Positions 11,477 through 20,348 of a DNA stretch of 64,000 nt are shown here, in pieces. The stretch is from a virus (taxonomy: Duplodnaviria; Caudoviricetes): the IMG/VR virus record IMGVR_UViG_3300035498_000745, positions 1 through 64,000 of that record; one strand, given 5' to 3'. The notes under the pieces were generated by a model that saw only the letters and a list, made by a program, of their open reading frames with translations, ran no database searches and was not told where the DNA came from. The position numbers and the translations under genes were made by a program. Within the stretch, counting starts at the first letter, position 1; every line of letters starts with the position of its first letter.

Positions 11477-12280
11477 TTAAGACTTCCTTTTCATACCAAC
11501 AATCTTTGTGGTCTTACTAGATTTTGTTGTAGGTGTCTTTTTTATAATTTTAGAAACCTTAGATGTATTTGTAATATTTGATTGCTTTGACTTTACATCT
11601 TGGTTTCTTTTATCGTTATATTTTTTTATATCATTAGCTTTACTATCTTGCTTACCTTTTTTTGCCTTCTCCTTGGCATCATTGATCTCTACTAACTTAT
11701 CTTCTGAATGCATTATGTCCCTACGCATAACGCCTCTAGAATATTTTTCAGCACGATCATCTAAAGTTTTTCTATCAAATAGATTATATCTATCCATAGC
11801 TAAATAAGCAAAATATAATGATTTTACATAGAAAATATCATCTTTAGGATTTCTTACTTTAGCAACATCTCTTAATGCTTGTCTGCTCATCTTATCTTTT
11901 AAGTCTTGAATGAATAATCCATTCTTATTGAAAGCATGAGCAAATGAATAAACAAATGCTGGATCATTGGAATAGAATTTAATATTATAGCCTCTAAGAT
12001 TAGCACTAGACTTAGCCTCTTTAGATGTTGTACTAAGTTGGATTACTGTGTCATAATATATTCCACTACAAGTTTCAGATGGCATTTTAAAATGGATATA
12101 ATGAGTATCGTTAAAATCTTTTGCCTTATAAACTTTAAACTTTAACTCTCCATTCTCCCTCACCATCAAAATATCAAATTTCTCAGTATATAAGTTTTTA
12201 TACATCTTTCTATTGGTTATAGCAGATGTACCCCCAGTTGGATTACCTATATACTTATTAAAAGTCATCTCCATTACCAT
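11477..12280 (-). CDS. Hypothetical protein with basic C-terminal tail
   Basis: 267 aa ORF; K/T/S-rich tail. Confidence 0.65.
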   Translation of the reverse strand: MVMEMTFNKYIGNPTGGTSAITNRKMYKNLYTEKFDILMVRENGELKFKVYKAKDFNDTHYIHFKMPSETCSGIYYDTVIQLSTTSKEAKSSANLRGYNIKFYSNDPAFVYSFAHAFNKNGLFIQDLKDKMSRQALRDVAKVRNPKDDIFYVKSLYFAYLAMDRYNLFDRKTLDDRAEKYSRGVMRRDIMHSEDKLVEINDAKEKAKKGKQDSKANDIKKYNDKRNQDVKSKQSNITNTSKVSKIIKKTPTTKSSKTTKIVGMKRKS

Positions 12281-12347
12281 TCACCTCACAACTACTATTC
12301 TTCTTATTACTTTTTAGGGACTGGAGCCATCCAGTCCCATTGTTGAT

Positions 12348-14090
12348 TTAATCATCAGCACTATACACATTGTGAGCAGGTGTTTGAACGAGATATTGAT
12401 TAGTTGTAAACATAAGCATTAGAACTTTATTAATAGTATCAAGAATAACAACATCCGACTTTATGGATGATTTTACATCGTAATTATACATATTGGTACG
12501 AATATTAAGAGGGCATTCATTATAAAACAGATCTGAAATAAGTCCATTTTGTTCAACAGAACCATCTTCTACATTGTATAGGATGGATATGAGGTTTGTA
12601 TATGCTTCATATAAAATATGTATATAAACATAGCGTCTACTTTTAAAATCAATACATTCTCTAAGCATATCATGTAATACATCAAATGCCATAAAATTAG
12701 CACCATATCCTACACCATATTTAGCAGCAGATCTACAGTTAAATATAGCATCTTCTACAGAAGCTTTAAGATTATTACGATCAGCAAGAGTCATTCCACC
12801 AATTAAGAAGTCTACCATATTGCCCTTAAAGTTGTTTAACCTTCTCTTAGCATGTTGTACTTCTGTTACTCCTGCATTATCATTCTTAGCTTTCTCTACT
12901 TGAGTCTCTAAGTAATTAACCATCATATTGTATGTATCTGAATATACACGATTACCATTCTCATCAACAGTAAACATTTCAGATGGATTAATAACCTTAG
13001 TTTTAAGCTGATCTGAAACTACAAGTTCTGCACTTCCACAGAAATCTAATATTGTTTCAGGTGTAGGAGCCAATCCAGCTTCTATATCAGCCTTTTGAAT
13101 ATCAGGATTAATATACTTCTTAATCCATGGAGCACCACACATCTTAGCAATATCCTCATACATATATTCCTGATGAATATCACTTACAATAAGAAGTGGT
13201 ACGTTAGGTACACTATTCATAAGCCTAATTACAGTCTCAAAGTAAGAACTTGTATCTGGAGATATAGATTTGCAGAATATTACTGTTGGTACTGGTTCAT
13301 ATACACTGCCCTGACGATAGCACCTAATAATATTATTCTCAATAATAGCATCTAACCACCCAAGCATCTCTGGTGTATCAATGGGATCATTAAAGCAATA
13401 AATCTTAGGGTTATTAATATTTGCTGTATTATTAGTATGATTATTAACCATGCATGTATTTGCAAATCCAGTATCAATAGTCATACCATCATACTTCTTA
13501 ACCAGATTATTTACTTCATTAGAAATTCCTACGTCAATATATACATCCATACCAAACTCTTCATAGATAGCTTTAATAGTTCCAGCTATCTCTTCATTAT
13601 TATTGGTAGATATAAGAGCTATATCATAAATATCATTAATGCTGCATTCCCAACCATTCTTTAAGATTCTAGATTTTGCTTCCTCTACAATCTCTCCAAA
13701 ATCATGTAATATGTCTGATGGTGCATCATTGGATATGATTGTATTGTCACAAAGAGCATCAAATACAGTCTTACAAAGAATAATTGCTGATGTTGTACCA
13801 TCACCAACCTCCTTTACGATATACCCAGTAAGATCACTAAGCAAATTCTGAACTGATCGTTCAATTGGATTAAGAAATCTTATATTATTTATAATCGTAT
13901 GACCATCTTTAGTATGCTCTACAGATATATTATAACTATTCTTATCCATATCTCTAACAAATGCAGTGGTTGAACCTTTTGGACCAAATGACTTTTTTAA
14001 TGCATCTGCTATAATTGTGAGTGTTTCTCTCTGAACTTCCCGCACTTTCTGTTCTGGAACAATATTAGAGTAAATCTTCATCTGTTGCAT
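12348..14090 (-). CDS. groEL: Phage chaperonin, GroEL-like
   Basis: SFGPKG, TKDG, EVGDGTTS and VEDA motifs; 580 aa; no GroES-like gene seen in window. Confidence 0.93.
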   Translation of the reverse strand: MQQMKIYSNIVPEQKVREVQRETLTIIADALKKSFGPKGSTTAFVRDMDKNSYNISVEHTKDGHTIINNIRFLNPIERSVQNLLSDLTGYIVKEVGDGTTSAIILCKTVFDALCDNTIISNDAPSDILHDFGEIVEEAKSRILKNGWECSINDIYDIALISTNNNEEIAGTIKAIYEEFGMDVYIDVGISNEVNNLVKKYDGMTIDTGFANTCMVNNHTNNTANINNPKIYCFNDPIDTPEMLGWLDAIIENNIIRCYRQGSVYEPVPTVIFCKSISPDTSSYFETVIRLMNSVPNVPLLIVSDIHQEYMYEDIAKMCGAPWIKKYINPDIQKADIEAGLAPTPETILDFCGSAELVVSDQLKTKVINPSEMFTVDENGNRVYSDTYNMMVNYLETQVEKAKNDNAGVTEVQHAKRRLNNFKGNMVDFLIGGMTLADRNNLKASVEDAIFNCRSAAKYGVGYGANFMAFDVLHDMLRECIDFKSRRYVYIHILYEAYTNLISILYNVEDGSVEQNGLISDLFYNECPLNIRTNMYNYDVKSSIKSDVVILDTINKVLMLMFTTNQYLVQTPAHNVYSADD

Positions 14091-14739
14091 CCTCCTCCGT
14101 TTTCTTAAATCTAAATTTTACATACCTATATAAATCCATTAAATGAATTATATTTACATCACCAAATAATATGGCTAGAGAACCATTAATCATGTCTCTA
14201 TCAGGCTCCATATTAAATTTAGCAGCAGCAATATAAATATGCTTTACAGCAAGATTATTATATTCTATAAGATTAGCAAAATATTTTTCATATATTACAG
14301 TATAATCTTTAAGATCTATTTCATGTCTTGTAGGTATAATCTTAGCATTAATTCTTGGATTTAGATTGTTTATAAACTCCTTTTCCAACTTATTCTTACA
14401 CCGCACTACTATATCTAATGATGAAGCATTATTCAATAGAGTAATTAGTAAGGGGAATGTATCATATGCTGTTGCATATGATAACAATTCCTCATAGTTC
14501 TCGTCTAATAATTCATAATACAAACTAGTTGTATCTGCCTCTGGCATTATGATTTCTAATGGGTTTATATGAATTCTATTAAGAAGTTTATAGATAACTT
14601 TATCTTCATTAGGTTCATTTATAAATTCCTGATCTACATACTTAGAATTAGAGAACTTATCTTTTATAAACCTATACATTGCCAAATCAAGATCAACCAA
14701 AAACTCAAAATTAGCTAAGATTACATTATCTTTCTTCAT
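14065..14739 (-). CDS. Hypothetical protein
   Basis: 224 aa ORF in operon with chaperonin. Confidence 0.65.
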   Translation of the reverse strand: MKKDNVILANFEFLVDLDLAMYRFIKDKFSNSKYVDQEFINEPNEDKVIYKLLNRIHINPLEIIMPEADTTSLYYELLDENYEELLSYATAYDTFPLLITLLNNASSLDIVVRCKNKLEKEFINNLNPRINAKIIPTRHEIDLKDYTVIYEKYFANLIEYNNLAVKHIYIAAAKFNMEPDRDMINGSLAILFGDVNIIHLMDLYRYVKFRFKKTEEDATDEDLL

Positions 14740-14754
14740 GTAACATCACCTTAT

Positions 14755-15579
14755 TTATGAAACCATAGAATTGGCAATATCATCAAATGTTGCTGATTCA
14801 TAACCACTTGATGATCCTGTCATATTACCATCTCCAGCTAAAAATGTCTTACTGTTATAATTACCAGACTTAGTATTATTGGTAACAACTCCTACTTTAT
14901 CGGCAATAGACTTAGTAAGACTATAATGACCTTCACGTTTATACATACTTGCTTCCATTATAGATGAAGCTATAGCATAAGATGATGATTTATAATACTC
15001 TTCAAGAACCATCATGAATGTACTCAACTCCATATCATCAAATTTCATAGTAGAATACTTGCCATCACTGTAATTATAGGCTCCTGTATAGAAATCATTC
15101 TTGCACTGATATACTGTCTCTGTTACATTGCCAGAAGCATCTGCTGAACTTATAGAAATACATGGCATTGTAGATCCAAACTCTACACCATCAGATACTT
15201 TAAATAAACCCTGCTTTGTTTCAATACATACATTATGAACATCATCATCAGCAAGTAATTTATTCTTGATCAAATCAAGAAGAATCTTAGCTTTAGTAAA
15301 TGAGATATAAACAGATGCCTGATTATCATTATCGTATGAAGCATACTGATCATTAGATCCTCCAGAAAGTTTATTAGCTATAGAAATCTTCATTAATCTA
15401 TTAAAGTAACTAATGGAGATTCTTGTCTGACTAACTTCTGATTCTGGATTAGAAAATGAAATAGGTGTATAAGTTGTATTAGTGGGCTGATTATCGTTAT
15501 TATTATTGCTATAGCTTTTAAATGACATAGTTAAATCCTCCTTAGATAATATTATTAAGTTATTTTTATTTAATTCCAT
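14755..15579 (-). CDS. Hypothetical early protein, possibly ssDNA-binding (likely start 15528)
   Basis: AGGAGG before MSFKSY; flexible tail with acidic/aromatic end TFDDI; function speculative. Confidence 0.5.
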   Translation of the reverse strand: MELNKNNLIILSKEDLTMSFKSYSNNNNDNQPTNTTYTPISFSNPESEVSQTRISISYFNRLMKISIANKLSGGSNDQYASYDNDNQASVYISFTKAKILLDLIKNKLLADDDVHNVCIETKQGLFKVSDGVEFGSTMPCISISSADASGNVTETVYQCKNDFYTGAYNYSDGKYSTMKFDDMELSTFMMVLEEYYKSSSYAIASSIMEASMYKREGHYSLTKSIADKVGVVTNNTKSGNYNSKTFLAGDGNMTGSSSGYESATFDDIANSMVS

Positions 15580-15692
15580 GTAATATACAATGTAAAATAA
15601 TACAAATAATAATGAACAAGATCTAAAGTATTATAAAGTTATATAAAGTGACTATAAATAGGGAAGCAATTAATGCTTCCCTATATAATTTA

Positions 15693-16835
15693 TCAATCTG
15701 GGTATATAACTGTAAGCATTGAATTGGTTAAATCTTTAACACTTTTCTCTTTAGCAGCCTTTTGTCTTACATCATAAAGCTCCTGCAATGTATCCACAAC
15801 CGACTGTCGTTCTTCATTTGATAAATCTTCAGATAAATAATCCTGTAGGATAGCAATATCAGAATTAATTGTTCTAATTATATATAAAAGATCCTCTTCT
15901 GTTTGTGCACATCTTAATCTTAAATTAAGTTCATACACATCATTCTTAATTGATCTGATTCCTTTAATTTTAAATTCATTAAACTTCTTTGAGAATCTGC
16001 TTGCTACTGCATCAATAACACCTTCAGAAATAGGATCATCCATATTATTAAGTAATCTTAAAGCATAATCAATTTCTCTCTTCTCTAACTGAGATGACGT
16101 AAGCTGTTTAGCTTTATTAAGAGTATGAATTGCAGGGAGTCTTCTTACTCCAAATTCTGTTCTTAATCTTAATACCCAACTAAGAGTAATAAAACGATCA
16201 TCTATATCTTTATTCATATATACAGAAGAATGCATGATCTTTCTCATAGCCGTTTCAAGATATGGTCCATACCCACAACTAGTAACGAATGCATCAGCAA
16301 TTAATTCATCATTATTATATCTTGTAAATAAAGAACCAGCTTTCATTACTGCATCCTTTAATGCATAACCAAGTAATTCTTTATACCCCTTGGATGCTCT
16401 AAGATCAGCATAATCTCCAGTAGCAGCAAAATATAAATCGACTTGTTTACGTACTTCATCAATAGTTTCAGTATCATATACAATATGACCAATCTCATGT
16501 AATAATATTGCTGTAAGCTCTTTTTCATCCAAAGCAAGCATTGGATCAAATAACTTGGAATCTAATTCAAGATAGTATTGCTCAATAGGTTTTGTTTTTT
16601 CATTACCAATCATCTCTAAAGCATCATCACCATTAAATAATGGGTATACTCTCATACCGAAAAACATCTTATCTGTATTTACAGTATACAGAATATCTCT
16701 ACATTTTGCTTTAGAAAAGAATCTGTTTATTTCATTTTTTAATTTAGATAATGTACTACCAGAATGATCTGCATCCAGATTAGACAATAACTTTTCCATT
16801 ATAGAAAAATTAAAATTACTTGCTGTCTTTTCCAT
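15693..16835 (-). CDS. Zincin-motif (HExxH) protein, probably head-associated
   Basis: AILLHEIGH; start reassigned to MEKTAS after AGGAGG; downstream of capsid gene. Confidence 0.65.
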   Translation of the reverse strand: MEKTASNFNFSIMEKLLSNLDADHSGSTLSKLKNEINRFFSKAKCRDILYTVNTDKMFFGMRVYPLFNGDDALEMIGNEKTKPIEQYYLELDSKLFDPMLALDEKELTAILLHEIGHIVYDTETIDEVRKQVDLYFAATGDYADLRASKGYKELLGYALKDAVMKAGSLFTRYNNDELIADAFVTSCGYGPYLETAMRKIMHSSVYMNKDIDDRFITLSWVLRLRTEFGVRRLPAIHTLNKAKQLTSSQLEKREIDYALRLLNNMDDPISEGVIDAVASRFSKKFNEFKIKGIRSIKNDVYELNLRLRCAQTEEDLLYIIRTINSDIAILQDYLSEDLSNEERQSVVDTLQELYDVRQKAAKEKSVKDLTNSMLTVIYPD

Positions 16836-17007
16836 TATTAATATCCTCCTTAGACGATAATGTATTTGGTGTCGTAACATTCTTATGCAACACAGGATCA
16901 TAATGAGTATATACAGATCCTAAATCATTCATAGGGTAGTTATTCTTTGGTTTCTCTAATGAATAATCCATATTTACAACAGAACGTTTATCTATTATAT
17001 TAGACAA
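16816..17007 (-). CDS. Small protein containing a copy of the major capsid C-terminal peptide
   Basis: GAGGAGGTG RBS then TTG; NDLGSVYTHYD...KNV.TPN.L shared with capsid; own late promoter 17037-17048. Confidence 0.7.
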   Translation of the reverse strand: MSNIIDKRSVVNMDYSLEKPKNNYPMNDLGSVYTHYDPVLHKNVTTPNTLSSKEDINNGKDSK

Positions 17008-17072
17008 TTTTAACACCTCCTCAAACAAATAAGTTTTATTTATTTGTTCAATCTATGCTCTTGGTATAAAAT

Positions 17073-17104
17073 ATATCCAGGTAGGATAATACCTACCTGG
17101 ATAT
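17073..17104 (-). terminator. Terminator after major capsid gene
   Basis: 13-bp perfect stem ATATCCAGGTAGG/CCTACCTGGATAT. Confidence 0.85.
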
Positions 17105-17117
17105 CTAAATCTAAAAA

Positions 17118-18968
17118 CTAATCTGTTGTAGGAAGCTCATTCGGAGTAGCTACATTCTTTCCTGTTGCTGCATCATAATGTGTATATACAGAACCAAGAT
17201 CGTTGTTAGCATACTGCGGTCCAATCGGATCAATTGCAGGAAGATGCTCACGTAATCCACTCGGATTAGCAACAAACAATCTACCCTGTACCGGCTGATA
17301 ACTAAAGAATTTATATCTCTGGAATGCTGTCAGTGCCGGAAGCGCCGGATTCTCAGCATCACGGATCTCATTACTGATATACATCTGATAATCATACAGA
17401 CGATATACGATACGATCAGTATTCTTCGGAATCAAAAGTACAATAAGGTTATCATTTGTAAATAACTTATCTGATGACAGGAAGTTGTAAACTCTATGAT
17501 CAGAGCTTACTACAGTCTTCTTAAAGTCAAGCTCAATCGGTCCTACACTTGTAGGAGTACTATAACTATACTCTACAGGAGTAATCTGACGGATAATTGC
17601 AGGACGACCAATAATGCAAATCTGCATATTCGGGTCACGAAGAACAGTAAGTAAGCCAGTAATATACTGCTCAAGAGTGTTCATGAATGTACGCTGTAAC
17701 CACTCAAGATGATCAGAGTAATATCCCTCTCTCGGAGCGAAATCAATTGTCTTAGCAAGCTTATGCTCATCATCCAATCTCATGAATGACTCATCGAGCT
17801 GCTCATGAATATCATCATCCTTAACATTCTCAAGAATATCCTTGATCATGCTCATGTACTTAGTAACCTGATTAATTCCATAAGAAGCTCCGATATCCTT
17901 TACCTCCTCAGGAGTGATCGGAATGGTAATTCCATCATTCTCAGGAATCTGTACGAACGTTGTACGCTCTGACCACTCTACGCGGTTAGTCTTAAGCATA
18001 CGAGAAGATGCATCATAACGAGCCCAAAGCTTAACAGCCTTGATCTTTCCACCAGAGTTGATCTCAAACATATTATCCATCTGAGTAGCAAAGATAGAGT
18101 CATGGAATGCCTCCTGCTCTCCATCAGCATTTGTTACCAGAATATCTACAGGCTTGGTGATAATTCTGTTGTACTCACCATATCCCGGATTGAACTCGGC
18201 GATCCATGGCTTCCAAACAAGAGCCACACCATCTTCAGATGCCTCACTCTCAGTGATCTCACCGGTAGAGGAATCAATGGTAATAACCTCAGTTCCAGCC
18301 TCAACATAATCCTCAATAGCAACAGCAGAAATATGAGTTGCTACAGACAAATTGTGACTATGACGATCTACATGGAAATACTCATTCAGAATATCAATTG
18401 TCTGCATCTCAGGAAGAGCAATCTCAACCTCGATCGGCTTATTAGCTGACTTCCAAGCTGCAAAGATCTGATTCTGTTGGTTAGCAATATCAATCTTCTT
18501 TCCTTCTGGAGTAACCATAAATCTGGTCTCCATTGTCTCTGTCCATGACGGACTCTTAGCAACAAAACGCGGTACTGCCTGAGCAAATACACAATTCAGC
18601 ATAAGATACTTATGCATCGGAAGTGACAGACCTACCAACGGGTTATAACTAGCCATACCAATATTTCCGTTCTCCTGTACAGCCTGCATATCTGAGGCGA
18701 ACGCTTCATTCATCATCTTCTGATGATCTTCATATTCCTCAGTACTCATCTGTTCTTTACAAATTGCAGAATTCTCTACGAAGAATCTCTGCAAAGCGTC
18801 GCGATTACCAGGAATGGACAGTGCACGAACTGGCTCAAATCCATAATCTACGCGATTTTCACGAAGCATGTTCTGCTGCGTATCCATAAATGAAGCAGCA
18901 TATGCATACATGGGATCTTTCGACATATTACCCATGTTAGGATTTTTTCTTTCTCCTACAACTGGCAT
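17118..18968 (-). CDS. Major capsid protein
   Basis: 616 aa; distinct high-expression codon bias, own late promoter and terminator, adjacent to prohead protease cluster. Confidence 0.75.
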   Translation of the reverse strand: MPVVGERKNPNMGNMSKDPMYAYAASFMDTQQNMLRENRVDYGFEPVRALSIPGNRDALQRFFVENSAICKEQMSTEEYEDHQKMMNEAFASDMQAVQENGNIGMASYNPLVGLSLPMHKYLMLNCVFAQAVPRFVAKSPSWTETMETRFMVTPEGKKIDIANQQNQIFAAWKSANKPIEVEIALPEMQTIDILNEYFHVDRHSHNLSVATHISAVAIEDYVEAGTEVITIDSSTGEITESEASEDGVALVWKPWIAEFNPGYGEYNRIITKPVDILVTNADGEQEAFHDSIFATQMDNMFEINSGGKIKAVKLWARYDASSRMLKTNRVEWSERTTFVQIPENDGITIPITPEEVKDIGASYGINQVTKYMSMIKDILENVKDDDIHEQLDESFMRLDDEHKLAKTIDFAPREGYYSDHLEWLQRTFMNTLEQYITGLLTVLRDPNMQICIIGRPAIIRQITPVEYSYSTPTSVGPIELDFKKTVVSSDHRVYNFLSSDKLFTNDNLIVLLIPKNTDRIVYRLYDYQMYISNEIRDAENPALPALTAFQRYKFFSYQPVQGRLFVANPSGLREHLPAIDPIGPQYANNDLGSVYTHYDAATGKNVATPNELPTTD

Positions 18969-19047
18969 AATTAAATTTACCTCCTTGTAATTATTGAATA
19001 AAGTTAATTATTTATATAAATAATTAGGTTATTCTTGCCTAAATATT

Positions 19048-19059
19048 TACTATATTGTT
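19048..19059 (-). promoter_or_regulatory. Late promoter AACA-N6-TA (capsid gene; representative copy)
   Basis: Matches the AR9 late consensus. Also at 113-124(+), 5133-5144(-), 17037-17048(-), 23007-23018(+), 25398-25409(+), 32278-32289(-), 33417-33428(-), 34400-34411(-), 35047-35058(-), 47640-47651(+), 53057-53068(-), 56354-56365(+). Confidence 0.75.
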
Positions 19060-19064
19060 AGAAT

Positions 19065-20333
19065 TTACTGTTCTGGATTTGTTTGTTTTACTGGTTTTTG
19101 TATCAATCCTTTTAGCATTGAATTAACTTGCTGGAGCATTAATAAACACTGTTTATAGTTGGATAAATTTTCTACATAAGTTCTAGCAACATAAGTTGTG
19201 GTAATTGTATAATTTACAATATCCTTAAGCTCTGTTAACTTTTCCTCTATAAAATCAATAATCCTTATATTATCAAATGTCTTATTAATCTTTTCTACAT
19301 CCTGAATTATAGTGTCTACAGTTCTATATAGATCAATATAGTTTCTTAAGAGTTCAGCATTCTTAATAGCCATCTGTTGTGGGGTTAAATCAGAGAATAG
19401 ATTCTTTTCCATTGATGCTAAATCTTTAGGATTGTCGTCATCTTCGGCATTATCCCCTTCAGAATCATCATTGTTCTCATCATCGCCATTATCAGCATTA
19501 TCGTCATCGCCAGTGTCGTCTCCACCATCATCATCAGTCTCGGCAGTATAGTCGGTAGTTTCTCCACCTCCTCCACCACCACCGGTAGTTCCACCACCAC
19601 CAGCATCGTCAGTACCTTCATCCCCCCCAGTGTCATCTCCATCATCTTCTGTTTCTGCTGTATAGTCAGTGGTCTCTCCATCATCTCCTCCACCTTCATC
19701 GTTAGTGCCTTCATCTCCGCCTGTATCATCACCACCAGCATCGTCAGTACCTTCATCCCCTCCTGCTTCAGTATCATCGTCATCTATATCTTCGGCAGTA
19801 TAATCAGTTAGATCATCTTCATCTCCTCCAGTACCACCACCTGTATCATCATCTGTTGCTGGAGCATCATCGGTTGATTCATCATCTTCTCCTGTATCAT
19901 CAGTATCTTCTGTGGGTTCTGTATCATCTCCACCTTCATCGGTACCAGTATCATCATCTGGAGTATCTAAATCATCATCAGTTTCGTCAGTATAATCTGT
20001 GGTATCATCTCCACTATCTTCATCTGTACCAGTGTCATCTTCAGTATCTGCTGGAACATCATCGGTTGATTCATCATCTTCTCCTGTATCATCAGTATCG
20101 TCATCATCCATGTCTTCAGCAGTATAATCATTTAAATCATCCTCATCATCTTCAGGAGATTCATCTTCTGCTGGATCTGTATCTTGCGTATCGTCAGTTG
20201 TTTCTTCACCATTGTCATCATTCTGATCTGCTGTATAATCAGTCTGATCATCATCGTCTACATTTTGACCATTAATCTCTAACTCATTAAAGAAAGTTCG
20301 AGATTCGTCTAATCCACTAAAATTTAATAACAT
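19065..20333 (-). CDS. Very acidic low-complexity protein, possible scaffold/core protein
   Basis: ~300 aa D/T/G/E-rich region with six DYT(A/D)(E/D) repeats and a helical C-terminus; directly upstream of capsid gene. Confidence 0.65.
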   Translation of the reverse strand: MLLNFSGLDESRTFFNELEINGQNVDDDDQTDYTADQNDDNGEETTDDTQDTDPAEDESPEDDEDDLNDYTAEDMDDDDTDDTGEDDESTDDVPADTEDDTGTDEDSGDDTTDYTDETDDDLDTPDDDTGTDEGGDDTEPTEDTDDTGEDDESTDDAPATDDDTGGGTGGDEDDLTDYTAEDIDDDDTEAGGDEGTDDAGGDDTGGDEGTNDEGGGDDGETTDYTAETEDDGDDTGGDEGTDDAGGGGTTGGGGGGGETTDYTAETDDDGGDDTGDDDNADNGDDENNDDSEGDNAEDDDNPKDLASMEKNLFSDLTPQQMAIKNAELLRNYIDLYRTVDTIIQDVEKINKTFDNIRIIDFIEEKLTELKDIVNYTITTTYVARTYVENLSNYKQCLLMLQQVNSMLKGLIQKPVKQTNPEQ

Positions 20334-20348
20334 AATCGAACCTCCTTA

